From contig JAQGDQ010002501.1 in NCBI GenBank assembly GCA_030141605.1, forward strand, positions 1-17,577: a stretch of DNA of 17,577 nt. The letters run 5' to 3'. Positions 1 through 9,256 of this stretch are shown one piece after another. The position numbers and the translations under genes are program-made. The DNA comes from Tubiluchus corallicola. Its lineage: Eukaryota > Animalia > Priapulida. Position 1 is the first letter of the stretch; the number at the start of each line of letters is the position of its first letter. Below the pieces are notes generated by a model. It made no database searches. It had not been told where the DNA came from and worked only from the letters and a program-made list of their open reading frames with translations.

Positions 1-48
1 TTGCAAACGATTGAGCAAGTTTTACATTTGCCAGGTTATACATTTATC

Positions 49-81
49 AGCCGCCCTTAGATAGAGGGGCGGCTTTTTTTT
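49..81 (+). terminator. Rho-independent terminator of an upstream gene outside the window
   Basis: GC-rich stem AGCCGCCCT (49-57) / GGGGCGGCT (66-74, one G-U pair), followed by a run of 8 T (74-81). Confidence 0.85.
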
Positions 82-214
82 GAAAATTTATCTGAAGATC
101 TGTAATATCACTTTATATAGAGCTATATCTCCATTTTTTCTGTTTTTATCCCTTTTATTGTGGCTTTCTCGTCATATTTCTGTTAGCATCTGTAGGTTAA
201 AAAGCGTAAAATGT

Positions 215-426
215 GAGGTGCTGCACGCCCTTCCTCATGGGGTCTCTCAAGTGCACCTTAGGGGTTTGCTGTCGCACGCGAAGAGCGCCACACGGGAAGA
301 AGCGTAAACAAAAGACGCAAAGACTAAGGTACGCAAAGGTTACGGCACGTGATCTTATGGTCTCAAGTGCCCTTAGGGGTTTGCTGTCGCACGCGAAAGG
401 CGCCACACGGAAAGAGAAGTGCATAC
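215..426 (+). repeat. Two tandem imperfect copies (~215-309 and ~336-426) of a structured element in the glmU leader; candidate cis-regulatory RNA
   Basis: Core TCTCAAGTGC(A)CCTTAGGGGTTTGCTGTCGCACGCGAA(GA/AG)GCGCCACACGG occurs at 245-295 and 361-410. The flanks differ in sequence but keep pairing potential (TGCAC/GTGCA vs GGCAC/GTGCC). Confidence 0.85.
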
Positions 427-439
427 GAGAGGAATTTTA

Positions 440-1826
440 ATGGGAACACTCGGTCTAATACTTGCAGCCGGCAAGAGCAGCCGCATGAAGTCCGACAAAC
501 CAAAAGTTGTCATGGATCTTGCGGGGAAGCCCTTGATCAACTATGTCACAAAATCCCTTGATCAGTCGGGCATAAAAGAGATTGCGGTGGTTGCAAGTGA
601 CAACATGCCGGACATTCGCAATCACCTAGATGTTGAGGAGAATGCAGGAGTTAAGATCAGCTACTTCCGTCAAAAGGAGCAGCTCGGCACGGCTGATGCG
701 GTATTATCGGCGTCAGACATATTGCGTTCTCGCAACTCCCACGTTCTCATAGTGTGCGGTGATACGCCTCTTCTGGAACCATCCACAATATCCGACTTCA
801 TCTCTGTGTCTGCGGGCTCTGACGTATCTCTCATCTCCGCGGTCTCATCATCGCCCACGGGTTATGGCAGGATAGTCAGGGATAATGATGGCGGCTTTTT
901 ACGCATTGTGGAGGAGACGGACGCCTCAGATGAGGAGAAACTGATTACTGAGGTCAACACGGGCATATATTTTGTAAAATCTACCACCCTTCTGGAGCGT
1001 CTTTCAGATCTGAGCAACGACAATCTCCAGGGGGAATACTACCTCACGGATATACTTGAGCCCGGGGACAACATATACGTAGCCGGCAATGAAGAGGAAT
1101 TTTTGGGGATAAACGATCAGTATCAGATGTCGCAGATCCGCAAGATCATATGGAGAAGGCGGTGCGTCAAGCTGATGGGTCAAGGGGCTTGCATTCTCGA
1201 CATCGACACGACTTATATAGATGAAGAGGTGGTTGTTGAGGGTGATGCTGTAATACATCCCGGTGTCACTTTGTCCGGCAGTACGGTTGTGAAGCGTGGA
1301 GCCGTCATATACCCCGGGGTACGGATAGTTGATAGCGTAATAGGTGAGAATACTTCTGTATTGGATAATTCTCTCATTCTGAACAGTGAAGTGGGAGAAG
1401 GTTCCAAGATTGGCCCCATGGCACATTTACGCCCGGGTACGATCTTGCGAGGCAACAACTCTGTGGGCAACTTTGTCGAGATTAAGAAGAGCGATATAGG
1501 ATTAAACACCAAAGCGAGTCATCTTTCCTACTTAGGAGACAGCACGATAGGCGAGTTCTGCAACATAGGCTGCGGGACGATCACGTGCAATTATGACGGT
1601 ATAAACAAGCATGAGACGACGATTGGAGACAGGGTCTTTGTGGTAGCGGCGTAGAGCTTGTTGCCCTGTGGTGCTGGGTGATGATGCCGTAATTGGAGCA
1701 GGTTCCACCATTACAAAGGATGTTCCGCCGGAAGCCCTCGGGATTGAGAGGAGCAAGCAGATGGTCAGGGCGTCTTGGGCAAAGTCCAGGTTGCGCAAGC
1801 AGAGCGGCAAGAAGGAGAGAGGATAG
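440..1826 (+). CDS. glmU: Bifunctional UDP-N-acetylglucosamine pyrophosphorylase / glucosamine-1-phosphate N-acetyltransferase (two apparent 1-nt deletions near 1642 and 1665)
   Basis: Motifs [52 protein letters not shown] and hexapeptide repeats. RBS GAGAGGA precedes the ATG at 440. The ORF stops at 1654, but the expected tail ([29 protein letters not shown]...) continues in shifted frames to TAG 1824-1826. Confidence 0.95.
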
Positions 1827-1830
1827 ATTT

Positions 1831-3651
1831 ATGTGCGGTATTGTGGCGTTTGTGGGCGATTCTTCTGCAAAAGAGATCATTCTGGATGGTTTGAGGCATC
1901 TGGAATACAGGGGATACGATTCAGCAGGCATCGCTCTGCCGAACAATGGCGGGATAGATGTTGTGCGCAGCGTCGGCAAGTTGAAGGAGTTGTCAAAAAA
2001 GTTAAAGGACAAGGACTATGACGCCGCATTCGGCATAGGTCACACAAGATGGGCCACTCATGGTCGTCCATCTTATGAGAATGCTCATCCGCATACGTCG
2101 GAACATGTGGCGATTGTCCACAACGGCATCATAGAAAATTATCTACAGATAAGGGAAGAGTTGGAACAGAAGGGTTACAAATTCATCTCGGAGACCGATA
2201 CGGAGGCTGTTGCCCACCTGATCAGGGACAACTATACAGACTCTCTACAAGATGCGGTGGTTGCTGCAATCTCAAAGCTCCAGGGTGCTTATGCTCTTGC
2301 GGTAATATCGTCAAGGGAGCCGGGTAGGATTATCCTGACTAGGAAGGACAGTCCTCTTGTTTTGGGTGTTGGCGAGTCTTGCAATTATGCTGCAAGCGAT
2401 GTGCCAGCGATTCTGCAGCACACCAGATCTTTTATATTTCTAAAGGACGGCGACGTTGCGGTGATTACCAAGGAAGAATATACGATCCACGACAAGGATG
2501 GCAAACATGTGGAGCGGGATATAAATCTGGTCAGTTGGGATCCTGTCACGGCGGGCAAATCTGGCTACAAGCATTTTATGCAGAAGGAGATATATGAGCA
2601 ACCCAAGGCGATAGTGGACACCATCCAAGGTCGCTACAGTTTGGAAAAGGGTGAGATCTATCTCGACAACATTGAGAAGATCAGCACCAACCTGCACAAG
2701 GTCAAAAGGGTGCTCTTTTCTGCTTGCGGCACAAGTTTTCATGCAGCTCTTGTTGCAAAGCACTACTTGGAGAAGTATGCGCGGATTCATGTGGAGGTTG
2801 ACATAGCTTCAGAGCTCCGCTACAGGCACAGCATCATAGATGAAGAGACCTTATTCATGTGCATATCCCAATCAGGGGAGACGGCGGACACCCTCTCCTC
2901 CATGCGTATAGCAAGTGAACGGGGTGCATTGACTTTAGCGGTATGCAACGCACTAGGCTCAAGCATGTCAAGGGAAACGGACGGAGTCCTCTACACCCAC
3001 GCAGGACCGGAGATAGGGGTGGCATCCACAAAAGCTTTTACCACTCAGGTTGTGCTTCTCTATCTCTTCAGCCTCTACCTGGGGCTCCGCAGAAATATCA
3101 TAAGCAATGAAGAGGTCTCCCATAAGCTCCAGGAGCTCGTTGCCCTATCCGACAAGATTAAGAAGACGCTCAAGATGGATGATGAGATAAAATCCTTGGC
3201 AAAGGAGTTCAAGGATATGAAAAACTTTATGTACCTAGGGCGCGGTTTAAACTATCCTATAGCGTTGGAGGGTGCATTAAAGCTGAAGGAGCTCGCTTAC
3301 ATACACTCAGAAGGCTACCCTTGCGGGGAGATGAAGCACGGCCCCATAGCGCTCATTGACAAAAACATGCCGGTATTTTTCATAGCCACTGAGAGCTCTA
3401 TACTCAGCAAAGTTGTGTCGAACATGGAAGAGATCAAGGCAAGGGACGGCATAATAATAGCGTTATTGAACAAGGGGAGCGTCGCTGAAAAGCATTGTAT
3501 GCACAAGATATATGTCCCCAACGTATCTGAGGATCTGTCCGTACATCTGAACACGGTTGTAACCCAGCTTTTTGCGTATCACACGGCGAACTTACTCGGT
3601 CTTGACGTAGATCAGCCGAGAAATTTGGCAAAAAGCGTCACGGTAGAGTAA
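1831..3651 (+). CDS. glmS: Glutamine--fructose-6-phosphate aminotransferase (isomerizing)
   Basis: True start is MCGIV at 1831 (Ntn catalytic Cys), after RBS GAGAGGA. Motifs LEYRGYDSAG, GHTRWATHG, HNGIIEN, SQSGETADT, EGALKLKE and C-terminal PRNLAKSVTVE. Confidence 0.98.
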   Translation: MCGIVAFVGDSSAKEIILDGLRHLEYRGYDSAGIALPNNGGIDVVRSVGKLKELSKKLKDKDYDAAFGIGHTRWATHGRPSYENAHPHTSEHVAIVHNGIIENYLQIREELEQKGYKFISETDTEAVAHLIRDNYTDSLQDAVVAAISKLQGAYALAVISSREPGRIILTRKDSPLVLGVGESCNYAASDVPAILQHTRSFIFLKDGDVAVITKEEYTIHDKDGKHVERDINLVSWDPVTAGKSGYKHFMQKEIYEQPKAIVDTIQGRYSLEKGEIYLDNIEKISTNLHKVKRVLFSACGTSFHAALVAKHYLEKYARIHVEVDIASELRYRHSIIDEETLFMCISQSGETADTLSSMRIASERGALTLAVCNALGSSMSRETDGVLYTHAGPEIGVASTKAFTTQVVLLYLFSLYLGLRRNIISNEEVSHKLQELVALSDKIKKTLKMDDEIKSLAKEFKDMKNFMYLGRGLNYPIALEGALKLKELAYIHSEGYPCGEMKHGPIALIDKNMPVFFIATESSILSKVVSNMEEIKARDGIIIALLNKGSVAEKHCMHKIYVPNVSEDLSVHLNTVVTQLFAYHTANLLGLDVDQPRNLAKSVTVE

Positions 3652-3657
3652 ATTTTG

Positions 3658-5742
3658 ATGGAAACCGGTATTGACTTTCAAACAATTTTAAATTCCAGAC
3701 AATTTTCAGCGGTAAGTGCCCAGGATGGTCCTCTTCTCGTGTTGTCAGGTGCAGGTACGGGGAAGACAAGGGTTATTGTATATCGTATCGCCCATCTGAT
3801 CGACAATTACAGGGTGGCGCCGTTCAATATCCTTGCCCTCACCTTCACAAACAAAGCTGCAAAGGAGATGAAGCAACGTCTTCAAGACCTGATACCCAGA
3901 GCCCAGGCTGATGCTGTGTGGATGGGTACGTTTCACTCCATATGTTTGCAGATTTTAAAGAGTGTAGGGCCTATAGTAGGCATCAATAGCGGCTTTGGGA
4001 TAATAGATCAGGATGACAGATTGTCTCTCGTACGGGAGACCATGAAGGGGTTGGGAATAGATGTCAAGAAGAACTCACCGAGGCACTACTTGGGCACCAT
4101 AAGCTCTTTTAAGAACAGTATTGAGTTCGTAGACAACGGCACTCCTCACTCTTATCACTATGCATTTCCGGAAGTTTTTTCGGACTACGAGACGAAATTG
4201 AGGGAGCAGAATCTGATCGACTTTGACGATATGCTCGCCTACACCATACGTGCTTTTCGTTCCTCTTCCGAGGTATTTGATCGTTACAGGAGCATGTTTC
4301 GTTACATAATGATCGATGAATATCAGGATACGAACAGGGTGCAGTTTGAATTCCTGAAGCTCCTAGCAGGAAGAGACGGCAATATATGTGCTGTGGGGGA
4401 TGATGATCAATCTATCTACGGATGGCGCGGAGCGGATGTTCGCAACATACTGGAGTTTGACACAAACTTTGTAAATGCCTCCATCGTAAAGCTTGAGGAT
4501 AATTATCGGAGCGGGGCATCGATATTGGCAGCTGCAAATAGGTTGATATCCTTTAACAGATCGAGGCGGGAAAAGTCCTTGAGCCCTGTTCTCGACCACA
4601 AGGGGAATATCTATCACCACGCCTATTACAATGAACAGGAAGAGGCGAGCACGATTGCAAAAGAGGTGGAGATCCTCTCAAGCAGAGGGGTTCCCTACGG
4701 GGAGATTTCTGTGCTCTACAGGACAAACGCCCAATCTAGAAACTTTGAAGTGATGTTCGGCAGGAGAAACATTCCGTACAAGGTCGTAGGCGGAGTGGGC
4801 TTTTATGCCAGGCGGGAGGTCAAGGACATCTTGTCTTATCTCAAGGTGTTTGATAACCCTTTTGATACGCTTTCGTTTAGCCGCAGCGTAAAGAATCCTG
4901 TTCGCGGCATCGGTGACGGCACGATAAATAAGATCAAAAACTATTCCGTGGAGCACGGGATAGACCTTTTAGAAGCGAGCAGACATCTGTCAGAAAGCAG
5001 CAGCAAAAGGGTTGCGGATGGATTGAGGAAGTATGTTCAGGTATTTAGCGACTTAAAGGAGCAGCAACGCATCAGCGACAAGATCATGTCGTTGATAGAC
5101 CTGATAAACTATAGAGAACACGTGAGATATTTTTCTGAAACGGATGACGAAGCGAGATTGAGGCTTGAGAATATTGAAGAGCTTTACAATTCTGCCGTAC
5201 TGTTTGAGGAGACTGTGAAGGATGTTGTATTAGGGGATTTCCTTTCTGCCACCACCCTTACCACCAGCATGGAGGAGAGCAGCGACGGTGTCGTATCCAT
5301 AATGACGATACATGCTGCTAAGGGGTTGGAGTTTGACTCTGTATTTCTCACGGGCCTTGAAGAGGGTCTTTTCCCCATGGAGAGGAATGATGAGGATACA
5401 AACGAAGTAGAGGAGGAGAGAAGGCTTGCATATGTCGGCATAACGAGAGCTAAGACAAACCTCTATATGAGTCGCGCAAGGAGCAGGATGAGGTATGGAA
5501 GTCGCAAACCGATGTTTCCTTCCCAATTTTTGTTGGAGCTTGGGGTTATTGAACGGAACGACGGGGCAAAAGACGCGGATGAACGGTGCGACAACTCCAT
5601 TACAAAGGGGATGAGCGTGCAGCACAAGGTGTTTGGCGACGGTGTGGTGCTGGATACATCCGGCGTATATGCGGACGTTTTCTTTCACAAAGGCGGCAAG
5701 AAGAGGATAATGGCAAGCTATCTAAAACCTTTTGAACGATAA
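3658..5742 (+). CDS. pcrA: ATP-dependent DNA helicase, PcrA/UvrD family
   Basis: Walker A SGAGTGKT, TFTNKAA, DEYQDTN, GDDDQSIYGWRGA, NYRS, TIHAAKGLEF, EERRLAYVGITRA and a C-terminal Tudor-like V.HKVFGDG. The pcrA vs uvrD naming is uncertain. Confidence 0.93.
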   Translation: METGIDFQTILNSRQFSAVSAQDGPLLVLSGAGTGKTRVIVYRIAHLIDNYRVAPFNILALTFTNKAAKEMKQRLQDLIPRAQADAVWMGTFHSICLQILKSVGPIVGINSGFGIIDQDDRLSLVRETMKGLGIDVKKNSPRHYLGTISSFKNSIEFVDNGTPHSYHYAFPEVFSDYETKLREQNLIDFDDMLAYTIRAFRSSSEVFDRYRSMFRYIMIDEYQDTNRVQFEFLKLLAGRDGNICAVGDDDQSIYGWRGADVRNILEFDTNFVNASIVKLEDNYRSGASILAAANRLISFNRSRREKSLSPVLDHKGNIYHHAYYNEQEEASTIAKEVEILSSRGVPYGEISVLYRTNAQSRNFEVMFGRRNIPYKVVGGVGFYARREVKDILSYLKVFDNPFDTLSFSRSVKNPVRGIGDGTINKIKNYSVEHGIDLLEASRHLSESSSKRVADGLRKYVQVFSDLKEQQRISDKIMSLIDLINYREHVRYFSETDDEARLRLENIEELYNSAVLFEETVKDVVLGDFLSATTLTTSMEESSDGVVSIMTIHAAKGLEFDSVFLTGLEEGLFPMERNDEDTNEVEEERRLAYVGITRAKTNLYMSRARSRMRYGSRKPMFPSQFLLELGVIERNDGAKDADERCDNSITKGMSVQHKVFGDGVVLDTSGVYADVFFHKGGKKRIMASYLKPFER

Positions 5743-5782
5743 TCATAAACGATAGATAAAACTTTGGGAGGACTTACAAACT

Positions 5783-6082
5783 ATGGACAAACTAGTATCC
5801 AAAGACGATATCGCAAGGATAGCTCGTCTTGCCCAGCTTGAGATTGTTGAGGAAGACCTCGACCATTTTGCAACAGAATTAAATCAAATGCTTGAATATG
5901 TAAACCAACTGAGTAAGATAGATACGTCGGGCATTGAACCGACGACTTACGCCGTAAAGATGGAAAATGTGATGCGTGAGGATATTCTGGAAGATTCTAC
6001 ACCCTTAGAGGATATTGTGGATGGCGCCCCATCTTGGGAACGTGGCCACTATAAAGTGCCTAGGGTAATCAGTTCTCAATGA
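5783..6082 (+). CDS. gatC: Asp-tRNA(Asn)/Glu-tRNA(Gln) amidotransferase subunit C
   Basis: IARLAQL, DTSGIEPT, NVMRED and YKVPRVI patterns; RBS GGGAGG; lies directly before gatA. Confidence 0.95.
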   Translation: MDKLVSKDDIARIARLAQLEIVEEDLDHFATELNQMLEYVNQLSKIDTSGIEPTTYAVKMENVMREDILEDSTPLEDIVDGAPSWERGHYKVPRVISSQ

Positions 6083-6098
6083 TTGGTAGGGGGAGTAT

Positions 6099-7592
6099 AT
6101 GAATTTACTAACAGCGGAGCTGAGCGACATCGCAAAGGCTTTGGCGGATAGATCCATCTCTTCGGAAGAGTTGGTTCGGTTTTATCTCTCAAGGATAGAT
6201 AGATACGATTCAAGTCTTCGCGCATTTGTGCATCTTGATCGGGAAGAGGCTTTTGTTCAAGCTAGAAACTGGGACTCTCTCAGGACAAGCGGGGAGATAG
6301 TGCCTCAATTTGCAGGTATTCCCATCGGGATAAAGGATCTTCTTCTCACCAAGGGGATGCCCACTACGGCGTGTTCATCTATTCTGCAAGGGTATGTACC
6401 CGCGTACAGTTCCACAGCGGTGACGCTTCTTCAGGAAGCGGGTTTTATCATCTTGGGCAAATTAAATATGGACGAGTTTGCCATGGGTTCTTCCAATGAG
6501 ACATCCAGTTTCGGCAGCGTCCGCAATCCTTGGGACTATTCCAAGGTTCCCGGCGGATCCAGCGGCGGTTCAGCAGCTGCGGTTGCAGCGCGTCTTGTTC
6601 CGGCAGCCATCGGGACTGACACCGGCGGGAGCATAAGGCAACCGGCTTCGCTGTGCGGAATCACGGGGTTAAAGCCCACGTACGGCAGGGTGTCCAGATA
6701 CGGAGTGATAGCTTATGCCTCATCCCTTGATCAGGTGGGCCCCATCACTGTGTCTGCAAATGATGCTGCGACACTGCTGAGCGTCATAGGGGAACATGAC
6801 CCAAAAGACGGCACCAGCGCCCACATCCCGGGCAAAGATTATCACCACTCCATGGAAAAAAATATCGAAAACCTAAAAGGGAAGAGGATAGGAATAATAC
6901 GCAATTTCTTCGATGGCGATCTGGACTTGCAGATCAAGGAGAAGGCCTTGAAAGCCCTGAAGGAGTACGAAAGCTTAGGTTGTGAAATAGTTGAACTCAA
7001 TATGCCCTCCTTAAAGCATGCAATTCCGGTCTACTATATAGTCTCCACTGCGGAAGCCTCCAGCAATCTTGCCAGATATGACGGCGTAAGGTATGGGCTT
7101 CGGGAGGAGCTTGAGGATCTAAACCAGATGTATGAAAGGACGAGGAGCAGAGGTTTTGGAGAAGAGGTTAAGCGAAGGATAATCTTGGGCACTTATGTCT
7201 TAAGTGCAAGCGCCTACGATTCCTACTACGTAAAAGCACAGAAGGTACGCACGCTGATCAGGGAAGAGTATAAAAAAGCTTTTCAGAAGTGCGACGTCAT
7301 AGCAGCTCCGACATCTCCCACCACGGCTTTTGATCTGGATTCGAAGCTAAAAGATCAGGTTGCCATGCATCTGAGCGATATATTTACCGTTCCGTCAAAT
7401 CTGGACGGGGGCTGTAGCATAAGCATACCTTGCGGTTTTGACGATAACAATGGTCTACCCATCGGCTTGCAGCTATTGGGCAGCCATTTTGATGAGGAGA
7501 GTATCTTAGGACTTGCCTCCTGTTATCAGCAGATTACAGATTGGCACAGAAGATTGCCGCCATTAAGGTGTGATGACACCCGTATTAAATGA
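6099..7592 (+). CDS. gatA: Asp-tRNA(Asn)/Glu-tRNA(Gln) amidotransferase subunit A
   Basis: Amidase signature [25 protein letters not shown] and [12 protein letters not shown]; GatA-specific [13 protein letters not shown] and [18 protein letters not shown]. Confidence 0.98.
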   Translation: MNLLTAELSDIAKALADRSISSEELVRFYLSRIDRYDSSLRAFVHLDREEAFVQARNWDSLRTSGEIVPQFAGIPIGIKDLLLTKGMPTTACSSILQGYVPAYSSTAVTLLQEAGFIILGKLNMDEFAMGSSNETSSFGSVRNPWDYSKVPGGSSGGSAAAVAARLVPAAIGTDTGGSIRQPASLCGITGLKPTYGRVSRYGVIAYASSLDQVGPITVSANDAATLLSVIGEHDPKDGTSAHIPGKDYHHSMEKNIENLKGKRIGIIRNFFDGDLDLQIKEKALKALKEYESLGCEIVELNMPSLKHAIPVYYIVSTAEASSNLARYDGVRYGLREELEDLNQMYERTRSRGFGEEVKRRIILGTYVLSASAYDSYYVKAQKVRTLIREEYKKAFQKCDVIAAPTSPTTAFDLDSKLKDQVAMHLSDIFTVPSNLDGGCSISIPCGFDDNNGLPIGLQLLGSHFDEESILGLASCYQQITDWHRRLPPLRCDDTRIK

Positions 7593-7606
7593 TAAAGGAA
7601 TAATAT

Positions 7607-9052
7607 ATGGAATTCGAGACAGTAATCGGCCTAGAAGTTCATGTACAGTTGAGTACATCCAGCAAGATATTTTGTGGTTGTCCCACCTCCTTTGGCGTTG
7701 AGGCAAACACTCAAACCTGCCCGGTCTGCTCAGGCATGCCCGGCGCCCTCCCCGTTTTGAACAGAAAAGTGGTCGAATACGCCATAAAAGCAGGACTGGC
7801 GCTCAATTGCGAAATAGCAGACAGGAGCGAGTTTGCTCGTAAAAACTATTTTTATCCGGATCTACCCAAGGGTTATCAGACCTCCCAGTCGAACAAACCC
7901 ATATGTTTTGACGGATATATAGATATTGAGCTTGAGGATGGCAAAACGAAGAGGATAGGGATAACCAGAGCCCACATGGAAGAGGATGCGGGCAAATCTA
8001 TCCATGGGGAGAACATGGGCAGCAGCAACGCAAGCTACGTCGACCTCAACCGCTCTTGCGTGCCACTCATAGAGATTGTGAGTGAGCCCGATATGAGGAG
8101 CTCATATGATGCTAAAGCATATCTGCAGAAGCTGCGAAACATACTGCTTTATCTTGAGATATCGGACTGCAGCATGGAGGAAGGCTCCATGAGGTGCGAC
8201 GCAAACGTATCGATAAGACCGGTCGGTCAAAAAGAGTACGGCACAAGGGCTGAGGTCAAAAATATGAACTCGTTTAGGAACGTCCAAAGAGCCATCGACT
8301 ACGAAGTTGCCAGACAGAAAGAGATTATACTCAGCGGCAAAGAGGTGGATCAGGAGACAAGACTCTACGACGTCGACAAAGGGGTGACATTCAGCATGAG
8401 GGGCAAAGAGGATGCCCACGATTACAGATATTTCCCCTGTCCTGACATCCCCCCTATCGTTACGCTAACAGGAGAGGTAGAGCGGCTAAAGGGGACATTG
8501 CCGGAATTGCCCGATGCCAAAAAAGCTAGATTTATAGATAAATTTAATCTATCTGTCTATGACGCTTCTCTCCTCACTTCTGACAAAGATTATGCGGACT
8601 ATTTTGAGGAAGCCCTGAAACAAGGGGGCAACCCAAAGAATGTGGCAAACTGGATAATCACGGAACTCCTCCGGGAAGTTAATGAAAAACAGTGCAATAT
8701 ATTTGATACAAAGGTCTCCCCTGCCCAACTTTGTGATGTGGTCATGATGATAGATGAGGGCCTCATCAATGGCAAAACGGGGAAAGACCTATTAAGCCAT
8801 ATACGCAAAACCGAAAAAGACCCCAGATTGCTCGTCGAGGAGATGGGGCTTGCTCAAGTCAGCGATATTGACCACCTGGAAGAGGTGGTATCGAGAATAC
8901 TAGAGAATAACCCCGCAGAGGCGTTGAGATTTAAGGACGGAGATAAGAAGCTCCAAGGGTTTTTTGTGGGTCAAATCATGAAAGAAACCGGCGGAAAAGC
9001 TAATCCGAAGCTCGTAAATCAACTACTTGCCAAGATGGTAACACAAGATTAA
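7607..9052 (+). CDS. gatB: Asp-tRNA(Asn)/Glu-tRNA(Gln) amidotransferase subunit B
   Basis: VIGLEVHVQL, RKNYFYPDLPKGYQ, HMEEDAGK, EEGSMRCDANVS, EVKNMNSF, DYRYFP and C-terminal FFVGQIMKETGGKANP. Confidence 0.98.
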   Translation: MEFETVIGLEVHVQLSTSSKIFCGCPTSFGVEANTQTCPVCSGMPGALPVLNRKVVEYAIKAGLALNCEIADRSEFARKNYFYPDLPKGYQTSQSNKPICFDGYIDIELEDGKTKRIGITRAHMEEDAGKSIHGENMGSSNASYVDLNRSCVPLIEIVSEPDMRSSYDAKAYLQKLRNILLYLEISDCSMEEGSMRCDANVSIRPVGQKEYGTRAEVKNMNSFRNVQRAIDYEVARQKEIILSGKEVDQETRLYDVDKGVTFSMRGKEDAHDYRYFPCPDIPPIVTLTGEVERLKGTLPELPDAKKARFIDKFNLSVYDASLLTSDKDYADYFEEALKQGGNPKNVANWIITELLREVNEKQCNIFDTKVSPAQLCDVVMMIDEGLINGKTGKDLLSHIRKTEKDPRLLVEEMGLAQVSDIDHLEEVVSRILENNPAEALRFKDGDKKLQGFFVGQIMKETGGKANPKLVNQLLAKMVTQD

Positions 9053-9062
9053 ACCAGAGACG

Positions 9063-9089
9063 AAGCTTTTTACAAAAAGAGCTTTGTTT
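9063..9089 (+). terminator. Possible weak intrinsic terminator after gatB
   Basis: AAGCTTTTT (9063-9071) / AAAGAGCTT (9076-9084) stem with one G-U pair and an ACAA loop, followed by TGTTT. It is AT-rich and weak. Confidence 0.4.
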
Positions 9090-9109
9090 GAAGATGAAGT
9101 GAGGAAATA

Positions 9110-9256
9110 ATGGAACCGAAACAGATATTTTATCTCATAGTAACGATCGTATTGGGCACTACTATGGTGGCCCTTGGACTATATTACTACTCCCCCAAGA
9201 GGAAGGACAAGATCGAGGAACCGAAGTACAAGATGCTCGAAGGGGACGATGACTAA
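9110..9256 (+). CDS. ccoQ: Small single-TM protein, cbb3-type cytochrome c oxidase CcoQ/FixQ-like (48 aa; not in the ORF track)
   Basis: My translation: MEPKQIFYLIVTIVLGTTMVALGLYYYSPKRKDKIEEPKYKMLEGDDD*. RBS GAGGA upstream; TM helix, basic patch and acidic tail as in FixQ; overlaps the ccoG start. Confidence 0.75.
   Translation: MEPKQIFYLIVTIVLGTTMVALGLYYYSPKRKDKIEEPKYKMLEGDDD

Noticed and set aside
211-300. Lysine or cobalamin riboswitch resemblance (GAGGTGC...CTGTC...GAGCGC; GCCAC..GGGAAG)
   Set aside because: Much too short; it lacks lysine P2/P3 kissing elements and the cobalamin T-loop and B12 box; the 5' word is not kept in copy 2; the gene context does not fit.
245-410. CRISPR mini-array
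   Set aside because: Only two copies of ~50 bp or more, the intervening sequence shows structure-preserving similarity, and no cas genes are present.
215-430. glmS ribozyme (AGCGCC at 284-289, upstream of glmU-glmS)
   Set aside because: The required downstream GACGAG and AUCGAA...CGGCGG core elements are absent, and copy 2 has GGCGCC.
80-561. Short ORFs 80-307, 197-424, 213-440 and 349-561
   Set aside because: No RBS or recognisable motifs; they overlap the non-coding repeat, whose two copies fall in different frames.
1693-1830. 46-aa N-terminal extension of GlmS
   Set aside because: GlmS needs an N-terminal Cys (MCGI at 1831); this DNA encodes the GlmU C-terminus in another frame.
9174-9248. 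Arg-rich N-terminal extension of CcoG
   Set aside because: It is an alternative frame of the ccoQ-like ORF; ATG 9249 gives a typical short overlap with the upstream stop.
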